Both the position numbers and the translations under genes were made by a program. Of a DNA stretch of 64,000 nt, positions 9,705-19,450 are shown piece by piece (the stretch's first letter is position 1; the number at the start of each line of letters is the position of its first letter). This stretch comes from a virus (lineage: Duplodnaviria; Caudoviricetes), in IMG/VR virus record IMGVR_UViG_3300014204_000010, positions 25,374-89,373 of that record; one strand, written 5' to 3'. The notes under the pieces are model-generated. The model saw nothing but the letters and a program-made list of their open reading frames with translations, was not told the DNA's origin and made no database searches.

Positions 9705-9942
9705 TATCCTGGCAGAGTTAAAAAAGATGAAGGATGATGTGGATATATCCAAGAACGAAGTATCTAAAGCAGAAGGAAGGAAAGAGGAGCTGTTCAACCG
9801 ACTGCAAAAAGAATATGGAATGAAGTCTCTGGAAGTAGCCGAGAAACAGATAGAGGAACTGGTTAAAACCTCTTCAGACCTGGAAAAAGAGATTCGGTCA
9901 GAGCATAGCATCTTGAAAAACGACTATAAGTGGGAGGAGTAA
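9697..9942 (+). CDS. small coiled-coil protein
   Basis: 81-aa heptad-rich ORF overlapping both neighbours. Confidence 0.65.
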   Translation: MNDILAELKKMKDDVDISKNEVSKAEGRKEELFNRLQKEYGMKSLEVAEKQIEELVKTSSDLEKEIRSEHSILKNDYKWEE

Positions 9943-10574
9943 TGGATAAAGTATTTGCCGATCTCGAAAAAGCAGGAGAGTTCCTTAAGGATAAGCAAGA
10001 GAGAAAGAAGTTCCTGGAGAAGCAGATTAAAGTGTATGAGGATTCCCTCTCCGTCCTTACAAAGAAGAAAGCCACCCTTGATAAAGCTGTTATGGTGGCT
10101 CAAGTGGTAGCCCAGGATTTACAAAGTAGTTTAGAGGGTTATGTAAGTCAGATGGTGAGTCTTGCCTTAGCCGCCGTCTTCCCCGATCCTTACGAATTTG
10201 TCTTGAGATTTGAGAAGGGCAGAGGCAAGACGGGAGCGGAAATGCTGTTCAAAAAGGGAGAAAATGAAGGTCCCCCGATGAAAGTATCGGGCGGAGGACC
10301 TAAAGACATCGCTTCTCTTGCATTACGTCCGGTTGTATGGTCATTAAACCCTAATGAACCCTTCTTCTACTTGGATGAACCAGCCAAGTTTGTCTCCCGA
10401 GACCTACAGCAAAAGGTCTCCTTTATTATAAAGGATATGAGTGACAAACTAGGCATACAATTCCTGATAAACAGTCATATCCCTGAAATCATCGAATCAG
10501 CGGATAAGGTTTTTGAAGTGGAGCAGGTCAATAGAGTATCAACTATCAAAGAGGTGGACTCCGGTGATATTTGA
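9942..10574 (+). CDS. SbcC/Rad50/gp46-like ATPase, C-terminal half
   Basis: Coiled coil, then signature SGGG, Walker B FYLDEP and H-switch INSH; ATG 9942 after GGAGGAG. Confidence 0.85.
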   Translation: MDKVFADLEKAGEFLKDKQERKKFLEKQIKVYEDSLSVLTKKKATLDKAVMVAQVVAQDLQSSLEGYVSQMVSLALAAVFPDPYEFVLRFEKGRGKTGAEMLFKKGENEGPPMKVSGGGPKDIASLALRPVVWSLNPNEPFFYLDEPAKFVSRDLQQKVSFIIKDMSDKLGIQFLINSHIPEIIESADKVFEVEQVNRVSTIKEVDSGDI

Positions 10575-10800
10575 TCCAGCTATGGAAAGAAACTTGCTGG
10601 ACTTTGATTATCTAATCATTCTCAGAAGTACTGGGGAAGTGATTGCGAAAGGGACTACAAAAGCCAATACTGCCGGTTATGCTTCGACGTATGCCAAACT
10701 TGAACAGAAAAACATTGTGAAATTGTACGGTACGAATTCCGTTAAAGTGATTGTAGGAAAGGGTAGGTTTTCTAATCAGCTACAATTAGATATATTTTAA
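10564..10800 (+). CDS. hypothetical protein
   Basis: GTG start at 10564 after GAGGTGG; same frame as track ORF 10513-10800. Confidence 0.5.
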   Translation: MIFDPAMERNLLDFDYLIILRSTGEVIAKGTTKANTAGYASTYAKLEQKNIVKLYGTNSVKVIVGKGRFSNQLQLDIF

Positions 10801-10810
10801 GGAGGTTGGA

Positions 10811-11599
10811 GTGAAAGGAATAATATTAGCTGGAGGTGCTGGTACAAGACTTTACCCCCTCACCAAAGTAATCTCAAAACAGCTCTTACCGGTTTTCAAC
10901 AAACCAATGATTTACTACCCCTTAGCCACTCTGATGTTGGCGGGGATTCATGAAATAATGATAATTACTACCCCAAGGGATTCCTTGACGTTCAAACGGT
11001 TGTTCAATGACATCTATGCAAAATGTGGTCTGATCATAAGGTGGATTGAACAAAGTAAACCAGAGGGAATTGCTCAAGCTTTGATTCTGGCTGAACCGTA
11101 CCTTGACGGAGGTAGTTCTTGTCTTATTCTCGGAGACAACTTGTTCTTTGGTTCGGGGATGACGGGATTAACAGAGAACTGCACCTCTTTGTTTAAAGGT
11201 GCCATCGTATTCGGATACCATGTTAGTAATCCACAAGATTACGGAGTTATTGAAATTGACAATGACGGTCATATCCTCAGTATCGAAGAGAAACCCAAGG
11301 AACCCAAATCGAACATAGCTGTTCCGGGAATTTACTTCTTTGATGGTTCTGCCCCAGAAAAAGCCAGAACATTGAAGAAGTCTGCCCGTGGAGAGTACGA
11401 GATAATTGACCTCATAAAGAAATATATGGATGAAGACCGTTTGAGATTGGAAATAATGCCCCGAGGAATTGCTTGGTTAGATACCGGTTCTTATGAAAGC
11501 TTGCTTGAAGCCAGCAACTTCATAGCTACCATTGAGCATAGACAAGGATTAAAAGTAGCCGACCTCGAAGAGATAGCAAGACTTAAACAGTTCATTTAG
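10811..11599 (+). CDS. rmlA: glucose-1-phosphate thymidylyltransferase
   Basis: MKGIILAGGAGTRLYPLT..SKQLLPV..KPMIYYPL, LILGDNLFFG, EEKP, KSARGEYEI, RGIAWLDTG; lacks the usual C-terminal helices. Confidence 0.95.
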   Translation: MKGIILAGGAGTRLYPLTKVISKQLLPVFNKPMIYYPLATLMLAGIHEIMIITTPRDSLTFKRLFNDIYAKCGLIIRWIEQSKPEGIAQALILAEPYLDGGSSCLILGDNLFFGSGMTGLTENCTSLFKGAIVFGYHVSNPQDYGVIEIDNDGHILSIEEKPKEPKSNIAVPGIYFFDGSAPEKARTLKKSARGEYEIIDLIKKYMDEDRLRLEIMPRGIAWLDTGSYESLLEASNFIATIEHRQGLKVADLEEIARLKQFI

Positions 11600-11897
11600 G
11601 TGGTACAAGAGCATTCTCATAGCATTGGATGGTAGCTTCCAATGCTCTCATGTATTCACCGACAGCTTTAAGATCATAAAGCTGTGCTTTTATGGTCTCC
11701 TCATCCAAACACTGATAACATACAGCCGTAATCTTATTGCAGATTACGGTTGTTTTATTTCTGTCTATCAAGGTTGGTACTGGTTTTACTGGGGATGGGC
11801 AATAGATTTTGGGTATTACTACTTTGGTTGTTTGGCACCCCATACATATCGGAAAGAATGCCATTGTAAATATCAGTATAATCCATACCTTCTTCAT
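11592..11897 (-). CDS. o-spanin (outer-membrane lipoprotein, Rz1-like)
   Basis: Signal peptide ending in a lipobox-like ..CMG|C, Pro-rich segment, overlaps the i-spanin gene. Confidence 0.7.
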   Translation of the reverse strand: MKKVWIILIFTMAFFPICMGCQTTKVVIPKIYCPSPVKPVPTLIDRNKTTVICNKITAVCYQCLDEETIKAQLYDLKAVGEYMRALEATIQCYENALVPPK

Positions 11898-12165
11898 TTT
11901 TCTTCTCCGAAAGCTTTAGTCGGTTGACTTCCTTCTCCCACTTGGATGCAAGGTTGCGGTACTTCTCCAGACTCTTATTATACACCCGAATCTCTTGCAA
12001 GTTTCCTTCCAAGGTTTTCTTCTCGGTTTGGGCAGCTGCCAGCTCTTTTCTTGCCTCAGATAAATCATCGTTTAAACCCTCATTCCGAAGATAAGCAAAT
12101 CCTCCCACAATGAGTAGAAGGAAAACTAGACCGATGATGATATAAATCAAAATCCGATTGATCAT
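11755..12165 (-). CDS. i-spanin (Rz-like)
   Basis: Single N-terminal TM followed by a coiled coil; directly after the endolysin gene. Confidence 0.75.
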   Translation of the reverse strand: MINRILIYIIIGLVFLLLIVGGFAYLRNEGLNDDLSEARKELAAAQTEKKTLEGNLQEIRVYNKSLEKYRNLASKWEKEVNRLKLSEKKNEEGMDYTDIYNGILSDMYGVPNNQSSNTQNLLPIPSKTSTNLDRQK

Positions 12166-12780
12166 TTACCAGTACCTCATGGATTCTAAAGACTTGTCAA
12201 AGAGTTTAGCGAAGTCGTATATCTTTTCACTGTACCTGTAATTAACCGAGCAGAGATCAAGGGGACCGCTTTTTAACTGAATAATCTTGCGTTTACATGC
12301 TTGTCTCATTTCAAAATGGGATAAGACTTCTGCCCGTTGATATTCCTTATAGAGATTTGCTTTCCCTCCATTGTAAATCTGATAATCTACCCACAAAGGC
12401 TTATGTCCCCAATTCTCTTTCTTGTGGATATGACTGATGTAGAAAGCTTGGGCATTAATAGCTTGAGCAGGATTAGAGGGAAGAAAAGGGGACTTCATTA
12501 AAGTGGATACATATTTAGCAGTCGAAGGCATGAATTGGGCTACACCAGTTCCCCCATCGAATGCTGTAATGTTTCGGCAGTTACTCTCCACCTTTAATTG
12601 AGCTAAACCAAACTTCCAAGGATAAGCAGGTCCTAAATACTTTTGATGACTCTTTCGAACGGCAAGTCGGTAGGATTCACAGCGGTCTTGGGCTAAGACA
12701 ATCGAAGGGATTATCCACCAAAGGACCAAGCAAGCATAAATCCAAGGTAGATACTTATGATAAGCAGATTGTTTGACCAT
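12166..12780 (-). CDS. endolysin, lytic transglycosylase (SLT) with N-terminal hydrophobic/signal segment
   Basis: AQLKVES catalytic Glu motif, GVAQFMPST, YNGG; N-terminal hydrophobic stretch ending in VLA. Confidence 0.85.
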   Translation of the reverse strand: MVKQSAYHKYLPWIYACLVLWWIIPSIVLAQDRCESYRLAVRKSHQKYLGPAYPWKFGLAQLKVESNCRNITAFDGGTGVAQFMPSTAKYVSTLMKSPFLPSNPAQAINAQAFYISHIHKKENWGHKPLWVDYQIYNGGKANLYKEYQRAEVLSHFEMRQACKRKIIQLKSGPLDLCSVNYRYSEKIYDFAKLFDKSLESMRYW

Positions 12781-13028
12781 TCTTTTTCACTCTTGAAGGT
12801 GATGTATCGGAAGGCTAGTTTACGGACTATGTGAGCATTGGCAAAACCAGCATTTACATACAAAGCTTTGGACAAGAATAATGTCCAGAATGCAATCTTC
12901 GGATTGATATTGTCGGATTCCAAATACTCCGGGGGGATTAGACCTATCAGTAATAGAATTACGATGAAGACTGCTAAGGGGATGGATATGCGGTAAAGTT
13001 CCTCTCTTATAGTTTTAAATGTCTTCAT
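12711..13028 (-). CDS. putative holin
   Basis: 105 aa with 2-3 hydrophobic segments, immediately upstream of the endolysin gene. Confidence 0.6.
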   Translation of the reverse strand: MKTFKTIREELYRISIPLAVFIVILLLIGLIPPEYLESDNINPKIAFWTLFLSKALYVNAGFANAHIVRKLAFRYITFKSEKEWSNNLLIISIYLGFMLAWSFGG

Positions 13029-13446
13029 TCTTGGCTCCTATTATCTCAAAAGGTTCGGATTCAAAAGAGTAGGTAACTTTCTTCATCACGGTAGGTTGGT
13101 AGATTAAAGTTATACGAAGTCGGTATTTCCCAGTATGACATAAACCTTTGGGTAGCTTCAGTTCCTGTATCAGCACCCCCTTACCTGTAGGTAAATTAGA
13201 ACGAAGAGGTGGATAAATCAGGGTGTAGTCGTTTACCAGTTGTCTTATGATCTCTCCGGAGAAAGGTTCCTTCTTGTCGTAAACCAATTTGTAGACAATA
13301 GAACCACCCATCTTGATGTCCCCTCTGTTCATAATCTGAATGGGTTGTGTAACATCTATCACAGTAAATGGCCAAAAACTCAGGTACAGTACAAAAATGT
13401 ACGTTATACCCACCAGAACTAATACAGCCTTAAGCATCTGTTTCAT
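13015..13446 (-). CDS. membrane-anchored hypothetical protein (lysis region)
   Basis: N-terminal TM followed by a beta-rich domain. Confidence 0.65.
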   Translation of the reverse strand: MKQMLKAVLVLVGITYIFVLYLSFWPFTVIDVTQPIQIMNRGDIKMGGSIVYKLVYDKKEPFSGEIIRQLVNDYTLIYPPLRSNLPTGKGVLIQELKLPKGLCHTGKYRLRITLIYQPTVMKKVTYSFESEPFEIIGAKNEDI

Positions 13447-13718
13447 TTTTTCTTGATTACCTCCATAACTTTCCCATCTTCAAACACATGACCATGGAAA
13501 TTACTGTTATCCCACAGTTGACGATGGGCTTCCAAGTTTTCTTCGGCAATACACTCGACTCTACCACGTAGAGTCTCTAATCTTTCTTTAACCATGGTTT
13601 CATCGGCTTTGCTAGCAACCTGAGCTTTAAGGGAGGAAATCTCGTTCTTCGCAAGGTATCCGGCAATAGCCATAAGAATCGTGTTTAAGACAACAATTAA
13701 CGTACTAGGTTCTACCAT
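13443..13718 (-). CDS. small single-TM coiled-coil protein (holin/antiholin-like)
   Basis: N-terminal TM then coiled coil; first gene of the lysis cassette. Confidence 0.5.
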   Translation of the reverse strand: MVEPSTLIVVLNTILMAIAGYLAKNEISSLKAQVASKADETMVKERLETLRGRVECIAEENLEAHRQLWDNSNFHGHVFEDGKVMEVIKKK

Positions 13719-13762
13719 TGGCCCGCCCCCATGATAATACCTTTCAAGAGATGTAAGTTTGT

Positions 13763-15883
13763 TTAGGTTTCCTTTATAACATCATCAATAATCCTTAAGG
13801 TGAGCTTCATGGCTGTCAAGTGCTGATCACCCTGGGTCAGTTCTATCTCTGCTTTGTAACGACCGACAGAAGCCGTATCCACGGCAGTTAAGTCTATATA
13901 GCATTGACCAAGCGTTGCGTCCGTCCAAACACAATTCTTAGGACCGATTGCATAAGTCACATCATCAAGGGAAACCTTTGCCGCAAAAGCAGCAGTCCAA
14001 CCGGAATAGTCATCCTCCAGATCAATCACAATTCTCGGAGTGTCTCCACGCACAATCTCTACAGTTTGACTGGCTACGGCTACGGCTGAATAAACCTGAC
14101 CTTGAATGGCTGGGAGAGTATATGTAGCTCCCCACAGACCCTCTCCATGAGTAGAAGAAAGCTGTTCGTCTATCTCTTCGACGGAAGCTCCCCCTCCTCC
14201 CCCACCACCAGCAGGAGCATTATATAAAGAATCCTCGGTGAAGCGACTATTCTCTCCATCAGCTTCTAACATGGTGTCCAACTTATCTAAAATGGAAGCC
14301 ATTGCTTCTTGAACAGCTTCGGTTGCCAATGATGCTACAGCCGAAGCGATTGCAGCTATTGTGGCATTATCCGGTGCTGTGTAAGCTCCTGATGCCAGAC
14401 GTGAGGTGATAGTAGCATCCAATTTAGCTAAGCGGGTATCGGTAGTCAACAAAGGATTTGTGGGTATATTATTGACGCTCGTTTGACTTGCCGCCGACTT
14501 TGCAGCATCGTAGGCACTACTCAAAGTGGCATTACTCACAGTAGGTTGTGTGGTGAAAGCTTTTACGTCGGCTGGTAGATTACCGGAAACATCCCCAGCA
14601 GCCAAACTTACCGCTCTCTTTGCACTAATGAGCTGATCAAGGAAAGCTGCTTTGGCGTTTGTCCAGACCGTATTGTCCAGAGCTGATGAAGCATTGGCTT
14701 TGGAGTCGATCAATGTCTTCAGAGCGGATAGACCACATATCGCATCCTCCAACAGATCATTGATCGCTGTTATTGTAGTATTGTCGGGGGCAGTGGTAGG
14801 TAAATCCCCTATGGCATCAATGATTGCCGCAAGACTGCTTCCTGCTGCTTCTATGGTTGTCTTTATAGCTGTAAGAGCCGTATCGTTGGGGGCATCTATT
14901 AAATTCATTTTGTCCCCGGCTTGTGCTGCCGTCTTTGCAGCATCGTAGGCTTCATCGAGGGTAACTCCGGTTACAGTGGGCTGAACAGTGTAAGCTTTAA
15001 CGTCTGCCGGAAGGTTACCTGATACATCTGCGGCTGCAAGAGTATCAGGAGATTTGGCTACTGCCGCACCGGCCGCATGTCTTGTGCTGATCGCTGCGTC
15101 CAGATAATCTTTGATCAATTTTCCTATGCTGCCGACCGCCGTAATACCGGTAAGCAAAGATTCCCAGATCGCTGCCGCCATTGCTGTGGCAAACGTACTG
15201 CTTTTGAGGATGAGATCGGCACCGGTGGAAGCTAGAGAGAATCCGGTCTTGTCAGATACAGCTACACTCTGTCCATCTGTTAAGTCTACTGTTTGGCTGA
15301 GCTTTGTACCGTTAGTGGTGGGGAGTGCTCCGGCTGTTCCGGGAACACCGTCAGGTAAACTGTTTATCGTACCTGTAGGACTGGCTTTATCAAAGAATTT
15401 CTTAAAGGCAGCTGCAATACGTCCACCGGCTGTTTCAGTTAAAGCCGTATTAAGGATTTTACTTACACTTACTCCAGTTGCTCCAGAAAGAGCGTCGATT
15501 AGGGTTTTTACCGCTGAATTTCCGTAAGTTCCGTTACTGACGACAGCATAAGCATCTCCGCTTTGGACGGCCCTTATCTGGAAAACATGGGATTCAATAG
15601 CCGATACGGAATCTACCGTAGCTTTCACCAAGACGACATAGATTTTACCTCGTTCGAAACCTGCTGCGGCAGTAAGTTGCCGTCTACCATAGTAGAAACC
15701 AACTACTGTATCAAAGGGTGTTGCGGGAGTCATGTCCACATCTTCATCTATTCCAGTTGTGTTACCCTCTTCATAGATTGAATAAGTAAGAACGGTTGCT
15801 GCATAGGCAGCTCCTGAGGAAAACCGATGGGCTACTACCGGAATGGGTACATATTCGTCTATGTCATAAATTCCCAGATACAT
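13763..15883 (-). CDS. tail fibre-like protein with internal repeats
   Basis: Ala/Thr-rich; duplicated DVSGNLPADVKA.T.QPTV...AYDAAK and LDA.I..R motifs; C-terminal baseplate-upper-protein-like beta domain. Confidence 0.6.
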   Translation of the reverse strand: MYLGIYDIDEYVPIPVVAHRFSSGAAYAATVLTYSIYEEGNTTGIDEDVDMTPATPFDTVVGFYYGRRQLTAAAGFERGKIYVVLVKATVDSVSAIESHVFQIRAVQSGDAYAVVSNGTYGNSAVKTLIDALSGATGVSVSKILNTALTETAGGRIAAAFKKFFDKASPTGTINSLPDGVPGTAGALPTTNGTKLSQTVDLTDGQSVAVSDKTGFSLASTGADLILKSSTFATAMAAAIWESLLTGITAVGSIGKLIKDYLDAAISTRHAAGAAVAKSPDTLAAADVSGNLPADVKAYTVQPTVTGVTLDEAYDAAKTAAQAGDKMNLIDAPNDTALTAIKTTIEAAGSSLAAIIDAIGDLPTTAPDNTTITAINDLLEDAICGLSALKTLIDSKANASSALDNTVWTNAKAAFLDQLISAKRAVSLAAGDVSGNLPADVKAFTTQPTVSNATLSSAYDAAKSAASQTSVNNIPTNPLLTTDTRLAKLDATITSRLASGAYTAPDNATIAAIASAVASLATEAVQEAMASILDKLDTMLEADGENSRFTEDSLYNAPAGGGGGGGASVEEIDEQLSSTHGEGLWGATYTLPAIQGQVYSAVAVASQTVEIVRGDTPRIVIDLEDDYSGWTAAFAAKVSLDDVTYAIGPKNCVWTDATLGQCYIDLTAVDTASVGRYKAEIELTQGDQHLTAMKLTLRIIDDVIKET

Positions 15884-15886
15884 TTT

Positions 15887-17008
15887 TTACCTCACTATTG
15901 AACCACCTAAAACGGGGAGACCACCACCTCCACCTGCTCCTGCACCATCACTAAATCCACATATCATTAATCCAGCCGCTATCCTTCTGGTTAAAGTTTC
16001 CTCCGCCCATGCTCCGCCGTCTACTCTCGACGTATAGCGGAAATTGATGCCCCCATCTATAGCTTGCCAATAATTGCGTGTATTAACATCCAAATAAGGA
16101 AGAGCAATATTGGTTGCGGTATCAGCACGAAGACTTAAATAAAAATCAGTATTTGCCGGAATATCTACTACGGAGCTAAAAGGAGCAATGGTAATATCAT
16201 TTGACGACCATGCTCTATTAGCAGCGGTCATACCTGAAGTTACTGTTGTTTCTCCACAGGTTAAAATGATCGAATTGTTACCATCAAAATCGGCCATAAC
16301 CCAGGCACCATCGGCCCTTACAGGGAAAGGAAATTGACCAACCAAAGCGTATTCATCAGGATTAGAACCGCTGTTATAGGTTAAAACACCAGTAGCCGAA
16401 AATATAGTTGAAGTTATTAAAGTTCCGTAAGTTCCATCATCAAAGCAAAGAACTATGTTCGGGGTTCTTGCTAAGGCAAAAGACCAAGTTCCCGTATAAA
16501 GTCCTACAAGTTCTTGTGCATACTTAACACCCCAACCAGAATCTGTGCGTCCTGCAATATTTATTACATCACCTGCATTAAACGTCTGGAACTCCAACAC
16601 CACACAAACAATTTCTCCGGGATTAACGGTCCTTGTTGCAGATAAATTTCCAGTTTCTACCCAAGCATCAGCAGTCATGTTATCCGTACCGTTTACCATG
16701 TCGTAATATTGATCTTGAGTTCCATCTGGGGCAAGACCGACTCCAGATATATTTTGCAGAGATATTCTAACGGCGGTAGGCGTCCCTCCTGCTGTCACAG
16801 TCATGGTAGAACCCCATTTAAAACCAATCTTCTGTATGTTTTTAGAGGTTCTATCTTTCGTAAACACTTTGCCCGAAATTGATATTTTCTCCGTTGCGGT
16901 GCGCAATGGCCCAATATCTCCAAAAGCAAATTTCGTTAGATTATCATAAGAAAACCACTTCCAACTAGGTATAATGACCCCTATACCGGGAATATTCTGG
17001 TAAGCCAT
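15887..17008 (-). CDS. virion structural protein (tail tip/fibre region)
   Basis: 373-aa Gly/Thr-rich beta protein in the tail module. Confidence 0.55.
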   Translation of the reverse strand: MAYQNIPGIGVIIPSWKWFSYDNLTKFAFGDIGPLRTATEKISISGKVFTKDRTSKNIQKIGFKWGSTMTVTAGGTPTAVRISLQNISGVGLAPDGTQDQYYDMVNGTDNMTADAWVETGNLSATRTVNPGEIVCVVLEFQTFNAGDVINIAGRTDSGWGVKYAQELVGLYTGTWSFALARTPNIVLCFDDGTYGTLITSTIFSATGVLTYNSGSNPDEYALVGQFPFPVRADGAWVMADFDGNNSIILTCGETTVTSGMTAANRAWSSNDITIAPFSSVVDIPANTDFYLSLRADTATNIALPYLDVNTRNYWQAIDGGINFRYTSRVDGGAWAEETLTRRIAAGLMICGFSDGAGAGGGGGLPVLGGSIVR

Positions 17009-17010
17009 TG

Positions 17011-17250
17011 TTACACCTTAAATTCTTTTGTATTTATACTGCTAACAATTTTACCCCAGTCTGTTTCTCCAGATACCTTTATATTTGTCTTCAGATTGTG
17101 TAGAACTATATCAAACCTACCTTCTAAAGAAGGTATTTCAGACAGGAGATCATCCTTTGTAGTTACATACGTCCTAGTTTCTCCATCTATCTCAAGATTA
17201 ATGGATATATGGAGACCGCAATCAAGTAACGAAATAGTTGCCTTTGCCAT
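17011..17250 (-). CDS. hypothetical protein
   Basis: 79-aa ORF with SD GGAG. Confidence 0.6.
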   Translation of the reverse strand: MAKATISLLDCGLHISINLEIDGETRTYVTTKDDLLSEIPSLEGRFDIVLHNLKTNIKVSGETDWGKIVSSINTKEFKV

Positions 17251-17368
17251 CTAACACTCCTACAATCGTGCTTGTGTCCTGTTTAATTTGATGTTGATCT
17301 ATTTTGGCGACATAGCATAAATGTTTAAAAAATTCAAGGAAAATCCGCACTTACAAAAATCTTATTTC

Positions 17369-18586
17369 TTACGGGGCAGACGTGGGTGGAACAAAATCGG
17401 TAGTCCACAAAATCCTGTTAGTTAGCACACAACCGTCGATCCATGCTACTGTACCGCTTGAATTATATTGACCGCTTAACCCAAATTCTAAATCAAAATT
17501 ACCCTCCCAAGCATTAGAAAGGGCAGAAGTGAGAGAACCTTTTAATGATCCATTAATATAAACCTTCACAACTCCAGAAGAAGCTGTGATGGCAATGTGA
17601 ATCCAAGTAGAAAAGGGAATGGTTAGAGAGACAGTACCCAAGTTATGACCCCAACGGGTTGAAGCATCATAAGCCTGCATTCCAAATCGGTCGTATTCCA
17701 CATTGTAATATAATTCAATCCACCTGTAATTAGCAGAATAATCCCCGATAAGAAAAGACATCCGAGCAGTCTCATAATTTACCATATCAGCTCTTTCGAT
17801 ACGGAACCAACTATGTAAAGTCCAATTGGTTAAAGGTGTATCTGAAAGATCATAACGTAAACCAGCCCAATCATGGGTGTATGCTGGATGATTAACATAG
17901 AGTGAACCAGAACCGAACTTACTTTGTAGATTGGTAATAGAAGAATAGACATTGTGGGTCAAAGAAGGAGCCGCCGGTGCTTCGTTTATGTAAGTTGTGT
18001 CACCCTCATCCCCTTCAAAATTGAGGACAAGAATTTGATCAGGATCTACATCTAAAACAATGGACGTATGGATTTCATCCGACAATTCACTTTCCTGACC
18101 TCTTCCATCTACAGAGCTTATCCTATAGTAATAATCGCCTGATGAAGTAGGGATGTGGGTGTATGTTAAATCGGTTATACCGGTAATCTTGTTATCTCCA
18201 GTAGTTACTCCTGGAGAAGTATCCCAATATATAATATAAGAAACGGCTCTGGGGGAAGCATCCCAAGATAAAACAGAACTCGACCCACCAGCTACTACGG
18301 GATTTGCGGGGATAGGGGGAGGAGGGGTAGGTACTGTATAAGTAGCCGCCACTCTTGGCAGCAGAGTTCCACCCATCTTGTTCAAGATGACATATTGACC
18401 ATTAACTTTACAAACCAAAACATTCTCTCCTTCGTGGAGATCCGTTAGATCGTAAAGATAACTCCCCGCACTCACAAGACCGTTCTTCAGGAATAAGGAT
18501 ACTCGACCTTTCTCCCTATTGATTGTAATTATCTTTCCTTGTTCGATCTTGTCTGGCTTTATAGTGTTCCCGAGCAATATACTCAT
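17369..18586 (-). CDS. tail protein with fibronectin-III and LamG/concanavalin-like domains
   Basis: LSWDA....SYIIYW...YYYRISSVD...ESELS (FN3); SKFGSGSL, WIHIAIT...VKVYING, IDG (LamG-like). Confidence 0.75.
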   Translation of the reverse strand: MSILLGNTIKPDKIEQGKIITINREKGRVSLFLKNGLVSAGSYLYDLTDLHEGENVLVCKVNGQYVILNKMGGTLLPRVAATYTVPTPPPPIPANPVVAGGSSSVLSWDASPRAVSYIIYWDTSPGVTTGDNKITGITDLTYTHIPTSSGDYYYRISSVDGRGQESELSDEIHTSIVLDVDPDQILVLNFEGDEGDTTYINEAPAAPSLTHNVYSSITNLQSKFGSGSLYVNHPAYTHDWAGLRYDLSDTPLTNWTLHSWFRIERADMVNYETARMSFLIGDYSANYRWIELYYNVEYDRFGMQAYDASTRWGHNLGTVSLTIPFSTWIHIAITASSGVVKVYINGSLKGSLTSALSNAWEGNFDLEFGLSGQYNSSGTVAWIDGCVLTNRILWTTDFVPPTSAP

Positions 18587-19449
18587 CGGAATAGCTCCAA
18601 GTAACTCGCTGTTCTTAATATGGTTATCAAACTCGCTTCCCCATTATCCGCTACATTCCCCGATATAGTCTGGGCAAGAACTTGACTTTTCTGGGTTTTA
18701 TTTCTACGGGTACTGGTATAAGTCACAATGTCACCTACCTCAATTTCGGGAAGATGACAACCTAATGTAATTTCTTTCGACAACGTGGCAAAGGAATGAA
18801 GGTTCAATTCAGCTTCCCCTCTGGAAACTACCAATGTCGAATTGTTGTAAATCGGATCTCTTATCTCGTCTAAGTCGGTAAAAGGTTTGATCTTAAAGAA
18901 TCTGTCTCCTGCAATGAGTTCGGAAAGCTTCAAGTGGTATTCTAGGTCGGAGTAATAGTAACCAACATCCTCATATTCGTCTACAGCTAAAATAACCTTA
19001 AGATTGGCATCAGCTACTCCGTAAGCTACAAGATTAGTACCCGCTAGTAAATCAGCTTGTGTGGAATATAAGTAGACAGCGGTGTTGTTTACCTTCAAAT
19101 ACCAGGTTTGATTAGGACTAACATTCCAATCAAAAATCTCCAGATCAGAATGAACAGTACCTACCTCCGTAGTGACAGAGTAGACTTTGCTCATTATGTA
19201 AAGGGAGTAATTCTGAGGAGCTTTTATTATGCTGAACAAGACGGCTATATCGGTTCGTTTATCTCCAACTTCTACTTCAAACCGAGTTGCCACATTCTGA
19301 AAATTGTAGTAGTCCCAGGATTCGACAAAGAACTCAATACCAATATTGGTAAATAAATCCCGGATTGCTTCAAAGCGGATAACCACATCTTCATAGGTTA
19401 CTGCCGCTAGGGAAAACTCTACTGAGGTGTCGTCGTAACCGTCAGCCAT
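18583..19449 (-). CDS. minor tail protein
   Basis: 288-aa ORF; C-terminal PEIEVGDIVTY is typical of tail hub-associated proteins. Confidence 0.55.
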   Translation of the reverse strand: MADGYDDTSVEFSLAAVTYEDVVIRFEAIRDLFTNIGIEFFVESWDYYNFQNVATRFEVEVGDKRTDIAVLFSIIKAPQNYSLYIMSKVYSVTTEVGTVHSDLEIFDWNVSPNQTWYLKVNNTAVYLYSTQADLLAGTNLVAYGVADANLKVILAVDEYEDVGYYYSDLEYHLKLSELIAGDRFFKIKPFTDLDEIRDPIYNNSTLVVSRGEAELNLHSFATLSKEITLGCHLPEIEVGDIVTYTSTRRNKTQKSQVLAQTISGNVADNGEASLITILRTASYLELFR

Positions 19450-19450
19450 A

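Noticed and set aside
9054-9911. 285-aa - strand ORF
   Set aside because: Antisense to sbcD and the coiled-coil gene; no recognisable features.
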